Part shown: piece by piece, positions 1-11,174 of the stretch
Layout: every line of letters begins with the position of its first letter
How positions within the stretch are numbered: position 1 is the first letter of the stretch
Source: Eledone cirrhosa
Lineage: Eukaryota
Assembly (NCBI GenBank): GCA_964016885.1
Contig: OZ024742.1
Span: forward strand, 194,494,001 to 194,558,000
Direction of reading: 5' to 3'
Length of the DNA: 64,000 bases
Made by a program: the position numbers and the translations under genes
Notes under the pieces: model-generated
The model's database searches: none
Told to the model about the DNA's origin: nothing
Seen by the model: the letters and a program-made list of their open reading frames with translations, nothing else

Positions 1-2952
1 GGATCAGCGGGGGGAGGAGGGTGCAAGAGCCTCACCGACCTGTTCAGGCGTTTTGAACTGTCTGGCAGGTACCGATTGAATTTCCCGAATGTGCCAATGT
101 GGACTTGGACAAATCGCATAGGGTCATCCAGATCATATTTAGATGGAGTATTCTGTAGGGAAATAGATAGGTCTAGCATAGGCTGTCCACAATTCAAGAT
201 AGTCAGCTGCACGGACCACAAATTCGTGATCTGTGTGCTTGATTTAGATATGCTTCATAGTGAGTACCCGGCTACTGGAAGCTAAACGCGTCCTTACCAG
301 CGCGCAAGGCCTACAGAGACCTGATTGGCGAACTAGTTAAGCGGGCGTTGACTGGAGCCATCGTTAACAACAAGTGGTGGTTTGCTCTGAAAAGAGAAAC
401 TAGAATAGAGTCCATTAGGTTTAGTAATGAGGGGACGAAAGCCGTTCAATTGGCCCCAGTGGCGGCGGCGCGTCATGGCAACAAGTTCCAGTCTTTGGTG
501 GACTACGACGGGCGCATGCTACTCGATCCCGGGCAAATGTGTGAAGCTTTTCAGCGACACTTCGCACAGCTGTTCGGGGGGAGCGGCGGGCCGGATCGAG
601 GGATGGACTTTAGTGTCTACCTCGACGGACTGCCGCGGCTCTCGGCCACTGAGGCGGAGTGTTGCGAAAAGCCGATAACAGCCGCTGAAGTACGGGAGGC
701 AATGACTGGCTGCACAAGGGGTAAATCGCCTGGTTTGGATGGTCTGTCCTATGAACTTTACATACAGATTCCAGACTTGTTCGGAGGCCTCTTGGCGGAC
801 GTCTACTGCAACTGGCAACAGACCGGAGAATTCCCAGCTCTGTGAGCCGAGGAGCTGTGGCGCTGCTGAGAAAGGATCCGAACAAGGGGGTTAACATAGA
901 TAATTTCAGGCCCATAGCTCTGCTAAACACAGAGTTGAAGATTTCGGCCAAGGTGCTAGCAATGAGGTTGGCGCTTGTCGTTGGTGGTCTGGTGGGAGAG
1001 GCGCAGATATGCACCATTCCCGACAGATCCATCCGCAACATCCTGCACCTCATGCGATACATCGTAGAGAGGGTAGCTAGGGAACCTGGAACTGGTGGGT
1101 CCTTGATCAATTTAGATCAGTCGAAAGCTTTCGATAGGGTCGACCATCGTTACCTAGCGGCAGTCCTGAGGGCGGCTGGCTTTGGGCCCGTCTTCAAAGG
1201 CTGGATCGTTGCCATGCACAGCGACATCTGCTCTGTGGTGATAGTGAACGGTCACCTTTCGGAACCGTTCAACATCATGCGCTCGGTCCGCCAAGGATGT
1301 CCCCTCTCGTCCCTCTTGTACGTATTGACTCTTGAGCCATTACTGCACAAACTGGAGACGTTGAGTGGGGTCCCGCGCGAACTAGGATGCGGAAGATCCG
1401 TGTCAGCATATGCGGACGATGTCATCGCAGTGGTGTCGTACGTCAAACACATCGAGGCGATCGGCACTACACTAAGAGAATACGAAGCGGTGACAGGAGC
1501 AATGACCAACCAGGAAAAGTCAGTGGGCCTGCAGCGCGGCACCTGGAGAGGCTGGTCCATGCCGTCCAACAGCGTCGTCGGGCGCTTGACGGACGGGACG
1601 AGGACAATAACTGGGACGAGGTGACGAGGAGGGTGGCTTCTCTCACCCAGAAATGGGCGGAGAGGAAGCGATACCTGAAAGGTCAAGCGGAGGTGGCTAA
1701 TGCGTATATCGCGTCAGTCATCTACTACCGCCTTACCGTCGTACCTGATCCTAAGCCCCCCCCCCCCCCTGACTGCGCTGGAGCGTTTGCTCTTCCGCTT
1801 TTTGTGGAAGGGACGCGCTCCGATGGTCAGGCGGTCCATCTGCTGTCAACACCCGCTACGTAGAGAGCTGGGCATGCCGTGGCTGATGATGCGCAGACAC
1901 GCGCTCAGGCTACAACATCCCCACCTCTTCCTCGACGGGGATCAGGTGTGGTCTCCGTTTGCTAGACACGAATTTCCCCAGCTCGTCTCATTGACCGAGC
2001 TGCAGTCCTGGGTCAAGCGCTTGGAGACTGGAATGTCTTCAAGCGCTCACAGCCCTCGACCAATCGGGCAATATGATCGGTAGAAACTCCACCTTGGCGT
2101 TCTATAGAGTATTAGTGGAGGGGAAGAGCGACGACGTACTTGGAGAAACTCTAGGCGTCGACGAAAATCAACTAGCCAATCTCTTCGGAAGGATTTTCGT
2201 GCTGGGGCCTATGGACAACTTCCAGAAATACCTGGCCTGGAAGTGCTACCGAGGAGCTTTGCCAGTTCGGGATAAACTCTACAGGCATGGAGGTGCCGTC
2301 ACCGGGCATATCCGAGATGCGCGCAGGGCGACGAAACTGTCCTGCACGCACTCGTCCAGTGTCCGAGCATTGCTGACTTGTGGGTTAATGTCGAACACTT
2401 GCTGTCACGTGTAGGACGGATCCAGCTATCCGCTGACTCCATCGTGAGGATTGCCCTGACCTCTTCCTTTAGCCGCGAAGGGCAGGCAGTTCTTATCTGT
2501 CTGGTGGCCATGGCGAAAGAGATAGTATGGTGGACACGTTTGAAAGGGCTGAAGAAGAGCACTTACCTCTTCGGTGATGCCCTGATTAACTTTTTCAAAT
2601 TTCATTTGAAAAGGAAAATCAGGGTAGCTCTCTTCCCAGCATTTTGTTGAAAGATGGGTGAGAGAAGCAAGTATGGCCCATAGTCTGAGTATGTGTCTGT
2701 AAATTAAAGGTGGAAAACTGGGAGAGGGCACTTGCCCTGTTGGTCAGGGTCACTGTGGCTTTTTAATGGGCTCTCTCCACGAATGTCCCTCGGAAGTTTC
2801 CACCCTATTGGGGAATGTTTTCATTGTTCTATTATTACATCCTCTGTTTCTTGTTTTTTACACGCAGAAATGCCCATTTGTACTTTCCTGTATTGTCATG
2901 TACTGTCCTTAATGTCTACTTTATGTAAACCTTTGTGGTTAATAAAGAAAGC

Positions 2953-2953
<1 letters not shown>
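1..2953 (+). mobile_element. Tx1/L1-clade non-LTR retrotransposon, decayed ORF2 and 3' UTR (runs off the left edge)
   Basis: APE C-terminal motifs (SRSYLD, TDHKF) and RT motifs (KSPGLDG, NFRPIALLN, LDQSKAFDRV, SVRQGCPLS, YADD) across frameshifted ORFs. Ends AATAAAGAAAGC at a (TTA)n tract. Homologous to 47325-49760. Confidence 0.9.
842..1624 (+). pseudogene. Reverse transcriptase core fragment of Tx1-like ORF2
   Basis: LDQSKAFDRV, RQGCPLS and AYADDV motifs; flanked by frameshifts. Confidence 0.88.
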
Positions 2954-2988
<35 letters not shown>

Positions 2989-3000
2989 GTTATTGTTATT

Positions 3001-3193
3001 CCTTGAATCTCAGTCATTGATGTTGGTTAACTGGAAAGTCCGTTGGCCCTTGTGTGGCATTATCACCACGCTGTATACGAACACACATAAACAAACAAAC
3101 ACACGGGCAGAAAGGGCCCCAAAAATGAATAAGCATAAGTTTCATTGTAATGTAGTATTCGAATGTCTGACTTAGTTTTTGTTTTTTAAGTTT
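3001..3193 (-). mobile_element. Short Dong family A derivative: terminal ~46 nt of the 3' end fused to a 5'-UTR segment
   Basis: 3001-3046 matches the 3' end at 3218-3263; 3043-3193 matches 6785-6935. Flanked by (TTA)n. Confidence 0.9.
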
Positions 3194-3291
3194 ATTATTA
3201 TTATTGTTATTGTTATTCCTTGAATCACAGTCATTGATGTTGGTTAACTGGAAAGTCCGTTGGATTGAATATAAAGCCACTACCTGCAGCC

Positions 3292-6200
3292 TCAGATATT
3301 CAGGACGTATCGGAGGGTTCTTGCCGTTCCAAGCAAGCATGCCTTTTGAAGCGTTCCAAAAAGCGTGAAGGGGCCGATTTTCTTTAACCATCCCTGGAAA
3401 CCTTTGGAGATAGTCCCCAGTGCGCCTATGACAATCGGGATCACTTTGACTTCATGGCAGTTCCAAATCCTTTTCACCTCCCACTTTAGGTCCTGGTATC
3501 GGTTAATTTTCTCCCTCTCCTTCTCTTGCACTCTCGTGTCGAACGGGCAGGCCACATCCACAATCAGGCACGATCTTTTTTCTTTGTCCACAACCACCAG
3601 GTCAGGTCTATTGTGTTCCAGTTTTTTGTCCGTCTGTATCCTAAAATCCCACAGCACCTTCACCTGACTGTTCTCCATCACCGCCTCTGGCCTATGCTCA
3701 TACCATTTCTCAGAATGTGGTAGATTGTTTACTTTGCACAGGTGCCAGTGGATCACCCTGCCCATCACATCGTGTCTCCAGCCCTTATAGTGGGTCTGGG
3801 CTAGGTGTTTACACTCGGACACAATGTGAGCCACAGTCTCCTCTCTCTCTCCACAGATCCTGCACAGTGGGCTAGCCTCCTCCTTGTAGATATGGTGCTT
3901 CAACCACTTCGTTTTGAGGGCCTGCTCCTGCGCAGCCATTAGCATTCCTTCTGTAGCCTTTTTGAGGTCTCCTCTTCTCAACCAGTTCCATGTCTGTGGA
4001 TCTCTAAATTCAGTTTTCTCAAAGAAGGTACTATGAAGGGATTTTCCCTTAAGGCTGCTCTTCCTCCTTGATGTTATTTCCTCCTTGGACATCCCCTGGC
4101 CTACTGTCCCCTCCTTCAGTACAGTTCTGAGCATTGGCTCCTTACTATAGGTCACGTATTTGTATAGGTTGTTTTTCTCCATCTGAACACAGTCCTCTAT
4201 GCTGATAAGACCTCTTCCACCCTCAGATCTCCTTAGGTAGAGTCTATCGACATCACTTCTCTTGTGGAACATGTTGTAGATAGTCAATAGCTTCCTAGTC
4301 TTCCTATCCATTTCTTTTTGTTCAGCAACATTCCATCTCAGAATTCCCGCACTGTACCTAATAATAGACACAGCTCGGGAATTTACTGCGCTTATGGCAT
4401 TTCTGCTGTTCAGATGTGACTTCAATACGCTCCTTACTCTCCGAATGTATTCAGTTCTTAACAATTCCTTCATTTTTTTGTTCTTTATGCCATCAGCCTC
4501 CAGAACGCCCAAATACTTGTATCCTTCCTCAGAGTCAATTTCCTTTATCATCTCACCTGTTGGTATCTGGATCCCGTTACTTCTGCTCAACCTACCCCTC
4601 CTCATCACAATGACTCCACATTTACCAATACCAAACTGCATACATATATCACTGCTGAAAATACGGACAGTGTCAACAAGCACATCCAACTCCTTCTCAC
4701 TTTTCCCGAAGAGCTTAAGATCGTCCATGAAGTGGAGGTGATTGATGGTAAGCTCTCCCCTTCCCAACTTGTATCCTGCTCTCACTTTTCGCAGCATAAT
4801 GGTCAAGGGCATCAGGGCAAGGACAAACAACAGAGGGGACAGGCTATCTCCCTGGAAGATACCTCTCTTGATCTTCACGCTTCCCAAGGATACTCCAGTT
4901 GATGTCAACTCTGTCTCCCAGGACCCCATACTCCTGCCCAGCAACTGTCTGATGTTATCTGCCACCCTGAAGATCTCCAGGCTTTTGGTGATCCAGGAAT
5001 GAGGCACCATGTCAAATGCCTTTCTGTAGTCTATCCATCCCATGGCAAGATCAGTGTGTCTCCTCCTGCAATTCCCCATTACCATCTTATCAATAAGCAA
5101 CTGGTCCTTTGTACCACGTGACTTCTTTCGGCATCCTTTCTGTTCGTCCGGCAACAAGTTGTTTGTGTGGAGGTGATGGTAGATTTCCTCAGACACAATG
5201 CTCGTCAACAGTTTCCACATTACGGGCAGACATGTGATAGGTCTATAGTTGGTAACATCATTACCCTTGATTCGGTCTTTCATTATCAGAACTGTGGTAC
5301 CTTTTGTCAACCACTCTGGCACCTCACCCGACACCAAGCAGTCATTGAACATGGCCGTCAGCTTCGGGTGGAGGGATGTTAAATGTTTAATCCAATACCC
5401 CTGCACACCATCTGGGCCTGGTGATTTCCAGTTGGTTAGTTTTTTGGCTTGCCCCTTAAGAGTTTCAACTGTGATACTCAAATCAGTCTGTTGCTGTGCC
5501 TGCTCACCGATCTCCCTCTGTACTGTCTCAATCCACCCTGCCTGGGCATTGTGTCTAACATCCTGCTCCCATATTCCTCTCCAGAATGTTTTAGCTTGTT
5601 CCGCCCCAGGGATCAAGTCGTTGCCTCTTTCTTTCCCCTCAAGCTGTCCAAACAGCATCTTCTGGTTGTTGTCGAACATGCGGTTCTGTTTATACTGACT
5701 GACTCTGTTCTCGTATCGCCTGATTTCGGCACTCTTTGCTACAATGCGTTGCTTCAATTCCTCTATGATAATATTTAGCTTTTTACTCCTAGTTTTGTAT
5801 TTTATTTCCAGTCTATTTTTAGTGCCTATGTTTTTTAGTGTCCCATTCAGTAGTGACTCAAGCTTTCCTATGTCATTTCTCATTTCCCCGATTTGCCCAC
5901 TCAGTCGCTTCTTCCACCACGGCTCTGCTCTTTCTTGTCTGTTGTTTCCTCTCGCTTTTATACCAAGTAGTTTCCTCACCGTATTTGCTGTTGCTTTGAG
6001 GATATTGTTGCACTGGTGAAGACTCCTCGCCTCAAGGTATGGGATGACTTTGTTTATCTTAGCTGTTGTTTCTTTTAACTTTTTCCTGTCTACAAATCTT
6101 AGGTTCATAGGTCTCCCACTATCATTGTTCAACTCATCTACCACTAAATTTAGGATGTCAACCGAATCTTGTCCTAGCCCGTCAGCATTCATCTCCTCAG

Positions 6201-6684
6201 TGGCCGTATCTCTGTTCCAGGTATTATTTATCTCAGTATTCAGATCATTGTCTGCTTCGGGTGGTTCCTCCGTTCTCAGGACCTCCTCACCTTCATTTCC
6301 CGCCGGCTCGCTTGTCTGGCATACTACACCCGCCATCTCCAAGCCATTCTCTCTGCTCAGTTCCTCCAGTTCCAGCTCGCTTATCCACCCATTAGTTCTT
6401 ATTACCCGAGCCTTCCCGGCCAATTTTTGTTCATCTAATTTAAATAAACCAATCTCGTTCCAGATGTTATGCATCCGTCTCCTGTAGCCCCTCTCCTTGG
6501 GGTTACTTTTCAGGTAGCATTGCATAACAGTTCTATTCAATTCTTTCGTCCAGTTGGTTCTGGCCCCTTTCCTTCTTCTTCTTCCTCCAACATCAGCAGT
6601 ATTTGGTTGACAGTCAGGTTCCTGCTGCTGAGCCAGGGGGCACCTGTTGGGTGAGAGTCTGTCACATGACGTTCTAGTCTCCAT
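3292..6684 (-). CDS. Dong/R4-type polyprotein: Myb-like N-terminus, reverse transcriptase, CCHC knuckle, restriction-like endonuclease (1130 aa)
   Basis: Uninterrupted ORF with WTKELN...Y...W, KSPGPDG, NYRPITCL, WIDYRKAFD, GIFQGDSLSP, FMDD, CRICG...H...C, RHD, RPDLVVVD...IVDVACP and KINRYQDL. Confidence 0.95.
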   Translation of the reverse strand: METRTSCDRLSPNRCPLAQQQEPDCQPNTADVGGRRRRKGARTNWTKELNRTVMQCYLKSNPKERGYRRRMHNIWNEIGLFKLDEQKLAGKARVIRTNGWISELELEELSRENGLEMAGVVCQTSEPAGNEGEEVLRTEEPPEADNDLNTEINNTWNRDTATEEMNADGLGQDSVDILNLVVDELNNDSGRPMNLRFVDRKKLKETTAKINKVIPYLEARSLHQCNNILKATANTVRKLLGIKARGNNRQERAEPWWKKRLSGQIGEMRNDIGKLESLLNGTLKNIGTKNRLEIKYKTRSKKLNIIIEELKQRIVAKSAEIRRYENRVSQYKQNRMFDNNQKMLFGQLEGKERGNDLIPGAEQAKTFWRGIWEQDVRHNAQAGWIETVQREIGEQAQQQTDLSITVETLKGQAKKLTNWKSPGPDGVQGYWIKHLTSLHPKLTAMFNDCLVSGEVPEWLTKGTTVLIMKDRIKGNDVTNYRPITCLPVMWKLLTSIVSEEIYHHLHTNNLLPDEQKGCRKKSRGTKDQLLIDKMVMGNCRRRHTDLAMGWIDYRKAFDMVPHSWITKSLEIFRVADNIRQLLGRSMGSWETELTSTGVSLGSVKIKRGIFQGDSLSPLLFVLALMPLTIMLRKVRAGYKLGRGELTINHLHFMDDLKLFGKSEKELDVLVDTVRIFSSDICMQFGIGKCGVIVMRRGRLSRSNGIQIPTGEMIKEIDSEEGYKYLGVLEADGIKNKKMKELLRTEYIRRVRSVLKSHLNSRNAISAVNSRAVSIIRYSAGILRWNVAEQKEMDRKTRKLLTIYNMFHKRSDVDRLYLRRSEGGRGLISIEDCVQMEKNNLYKYVTYSKEPMLRTVLKEGTVGQGMSKEEITSRRKSSLKGKSLHSTFFEKTEFRDPQTWNWLRRGDLKKATEGMLMAAQEQALKTKWLKHHIYKEEASPLCRICGEREETVAHIVSECKHLAQTHYKGWRHDVMGRVIHWHLCKVNNLPHSEKWYEHRPEAVMENSQVKVLWDFRIQTDKKLEHNRPDLVVVDKEKRSCLIVDVACPFDTRVQEKEREKINRYQDLKWEVKRIWNCHEVKVIPIVIGALGTISKGFQGWLKKIGPFTLFGTLQKACLLGTARTLRYVLNI

Positions 6685-7253
6685 TTCACCGTTATTCGAA
6701 CTGTTTATGTTCGATATTTAAACACTCTTATCGAGGATTGGCGAATGTATGTTTACATAGCCATCTGTGGATCCGCCATCCCACTTGGCCCTTGTGTGGC
6801 ATTATCACCACGCTGTATACGGACACACATAAACAAACAAACACACGGGCAGAAAGGGCCCCAAAAATGAATAAGCATAAGTTTCATTGTAATGTAGTAT
6901 TCGAATGTCTGACTTAGTTTTTGTTTTTTAAGTTTTACTTTTTCCCCCCTCTTCTCTGTCCGTCCGCCTGCTTCTCTCTTCATTCTTATTTTCTTTACGT
7001 TTTTGGGGTTTCTTTTTTTGTTTTTGTTTTTCTCTGTTTTTCTCGTTTTTTACTGTTGTTGCTGTGCTGCTTTTGTTGTTTGTTTTTTCTTTTTTCTTTT
7101 GAGTCTATCTATATATTTTGATGCCTTCCTCTTTGTTAGTAGTAGGAATTCTATAATGTGGAAGTGGTAGCCAGCAGAGACTGGCGGCGTTGGCGATACT
7201 GAGACAGTGGTGGTGGTGATGTCGATACCGAGGCAGTGGTGGCGGTGATGCGA

Positions 7254-7906
7254 CCGTATTACTGTAGTGATGGTGCTGTAGCGGTGGCAGCAGCAGTGAA
7301 GGAGTCAGGGGGTGGTGGCGGCGGTGATGGGATAGTGGTGGTAATGATGGCCGTAGTGAGCGGTGGCGGTGAAGGTGAAAATGCTGTTGTGTTTAGTGTA
7401 CACAGATGATGGGGTGGGTGGTGTATCTAGTTTCTGGTGTTGGTGAGTTTCGCTGTCCTATATAGTGTAGCCAGAGGAGAGGAGGGGGGGGGGGGTTCTT
7501 CTTCTTCCATTTATAGCCATTTTATTTTTTTTGGGATGTACAGTGTACAATACAAAGTTGAATATTTGAATATTTGAATATTTGAGCCGTATTACTGTAG
7601 TGATGGTGCTGTAGCGGTGGCAGCAGCAGTGAAGGAGTCAAGGGGTGGTGGCGGCCGTGATGGGATAGTGGTGGTAATGATGGCCGTAGTGAGCGGTGGC
7701 GGTGAAGGTGAAAATGCTGTTGTGTTTAGTGTACACAGATGATGGGGTGGGTGGTGTATCTAGTTTCTGGTGTTGGTGAGTTTAGCTGTCCTATATAGTG
7801 TAGCCAGAGGAGAGGAGGGGGGCGGGGGTTCTTCTTCTTCCATTTATAGCCATTTTTTTTTGGATATACAGTGTACAATACAAAGTTGAATATTTGAATA
7901 TTTGAG
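7254..7906. repeat. Tandem duplication of a ~325-bp unit in the Dong A 5' UTR
   Basis: Units start with CCGTATTACTGTAGTG at 7254 and 7587. The same duplication is at ~58936-59576. Confidence 0.92.
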
Positions 7907-8105
7907 CCTTATAACAATATATTTTGGGTCCGAATTTTTTTGGGGCTCAAGCCGGGTGCTTTACGTAGCATTTGTACTAAGAGTTGTTATTTCACAAATG
8001 ATTTAAATATGTTAAAAATTCAAAACTTACGGGAGCGATTTCATGACCTCCGTCACCTCGTGCGTCTTCTTCCCTATTCTTACTATTATTATTATTATTA
8101 TTCCC

Positions 8106-8154
<49 letters not shown>

Positions 8155-8413
8155 AAGCACCTGTAATACACTCGGGTAATTGCTGGACTTGTGCCCAAAG
8201 TAGAAACAATTAATATTATTATTGTTATTTTTTGTCTGTTATTTAGTAAATATACTAGTATTTACAGTCATCTAGATTTGGATGTTAATTGTGGTCGAAA
8301 TTTTATATTACTCGTATAAGTAAATATTTACTTCGTTTAGTTTCAACGATTAGATTTCATGATTAACAGCTGATTGAATACATGTGACGTATGCTTTTAA
8401 TGTTTGACAAAGT

Positions 8414-8597
<184 letters not shown>

Positions 8598-8632
8598 AAA
8601 AAGTATGTCCCCGACGACAGAGGTCAAGCCGT

Positions 8633-8740
8633 TTCGTGGCTGAGTGGTTAGAGAATTGGATCCACCGTGAGGTTGTGATTTCCCGGACCGGGCGATGCAT
8701 TATTTTCTTAAGCAAGACACTTTATTTCACGTTGCTCCTT
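8633..8740 (+). mobile_element. Degenerate tRNA-derived SINE 5' portion
   Basis: A-box-like TGGCTGAGTGG followed by the SINE core-like TTCTTAAGCAAGACACTT. Confidence 0.5.
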
Positions 8741-9333
8741 CTGTCTGGATTTACGACCGACAGTTAGTATTAGCAACGGGAAAGAACTAATCACATCCTT
8801 TCTAACTTGACCGCTGCCACGTCACGATTCTTAGCCATTTTTGAATGTATTCTTGGCGCGATCACTTTGGAAAATTTATTGTCTAAATTTGAGCTAACTC
8901 CTGATGAATCCGAAGCTCTGGATGTCCCCTTTTATCGGATGTCTTAAAATAAGGACGAAACCATGGTAGAGGTTTTAAATATCTACACATTTCTTCCAAG
9001 TTTATTTTACACCTAATTATGGTCGATTTATACATGCTGTCGAAATGTTCGATAAATACTCCGCCATAACCGCCGCGAAGGGGCTGCTTTCTGTTATTTG
9101 TCGGAGATTTCTTCATAGGAGCCTTTATTCTTATAGCTTGGTCTAATTGATTTTTTATATGGTTAATTATGCTAATTGGGCGAGGAAAGGGTATATATTT
9201 TATCTGGTGATTCTATAGACATGTTTTATGATATATAGCTCTGATTATTTAATCTATTAATTATTCATTGAGCCACAACGTGACCCGTAGCAAAACACAT
9301 ATATATCTATGACTTTATATATATCTAAACCTT

Positions 9334-9377
<44 letters not shown>

Positions 9378-9395
9378 TACATATATATATATATA

Positions 9396-10303
<908 letters not shown>

Positions 10304-10548
10304 GCGTATGAGTGTGCACGTGCCTATGTGTCTCTGTGTGTGCCGTTTTTGTATTAGTGAGGTAAAATCGTTTGTTGAAAAGAAGAAGTAACACAGAGGA
10401 GAACATATCGCTGGGAAGACTCACAGTGCGCGACATAAGAGTTTTGACGAGTACGTAAATATCTGATTACTGAACTAACCTGTGAGATAATGTTGTTGTA
10501 GGTGTTGTGGCGATAATAGTGCATTACTGTGCGCTATCATATAGTGAA

Positions 10549-10740
10549 GGGCGGTGGTTTAGCAGTATCGCTAGAGGGTCGGCCGCCATGCTTAGCAGCA
10601 AAGAGTTACGGCCCTTTATGGTCTGAGTTCAAATCCCGCCGAGGTGAACTTTTCTTTTCATCCTTACGGGGTCGATAAAATAAAGTACCAGTAATACACC
10701 GGGTTATTTGCTAGCCTTGTGCCAAAGGTAGAAACAATTA
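10549..10740 (+). mobile_element. tRNA-derived SINE with Nin/Deu-like central domain
   Basis: B-box GAGTTCAAATCC; TTTCATCCTTACGGGGTCGATAAAATAAAGTACC; ends GTAGAAACAATTA. Homologous to 26715-26903. Confidence 0.85.
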
Positions 10741-10977
10741 TATACTGAATGTATAAGTTTTCATATGGAAGTCTACCTTTATGGATCTTAATGAGCTGTC
10801 TTCGTCATAAATACACAATCAAGGGAAATAACTTTTATAAGTTAATCTTGAATCACTACCTCCTTACGGAAAACTGACGCAGATCACCAGGTCCGAATAC
10901 AGAAGGGCCGAACTCCCACTGTCATCCCCGCCATCTCTCTCTCCCTCCCATCTGGAATGGATTAGATTCCAGTCTAA

Positions 10978-11072
10978 TAATTGTTTATACTTTGGGCACA
11001 AGACCAGCAATTATCCCAGTACAGTACTTTATTTTATGGATCCCGTAAGGATGAAAGGCAAAGTTAACCTCC
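10978..11072 (-). mobile_element. 3' half of the same SINE family
   Basis: Reverse complement matches the 3' part of 10549-10740. Other fragments at ~8152-8212 (+), ~24260-24310 (+) and ~54368-54415 (-). Confidence 0.7.
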
Positions 11073-11141
11073 TAATAATAAATACCAACGGGAAAGTCAA
11101 ATTTTTATAATTATATCGTATATAAATAAATATATATATAA

Positions 11142-11174
<33 letters not shown>

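Larger units (their letters stand above)
3218..8074 (-). mobile_element. Full-length R4/Dong-clade non-LTR retrotransposon, family A copy 1
   Basis: Single ORF, ~1.4 kb 5' UTR, short 3' UTR, (TAA)n on both sides. The 5' end (GGGAAGAAGACG on the sense strand) is the same as in the copy ending at 59741. Confidence 0.93.

Noticed and set aside
3365-6654. Plus-strand ORFs repeated in every Dong copy
   Set aside because: Antisense shadows of the real minus-strand ORF; they recur only because the copies are near-identical.
7940-8074. HDV-like ribozyme at the 5' end of Dong family A
   Set aside because: Could not build the nested P1/P2/P3 pairing by eye.
1-8150. Left cluster as a recent segmental duplicate of 47325-64000
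   Set aside because: The two Tx1 copies carry different deletions and many substitutions, and the adjacent Dong insertions differ in subfamily and order.
8880-9240. Possible Penelope RT N-terminal remnant on the minus strand
   Set aside because: Only a weak SDK-like motif; too degenerate to call.
10549-10640. tRNA gene
   Set aside because: Has a B-box but no cloverleaf, and continues into a SINE body repeated elsewhere.
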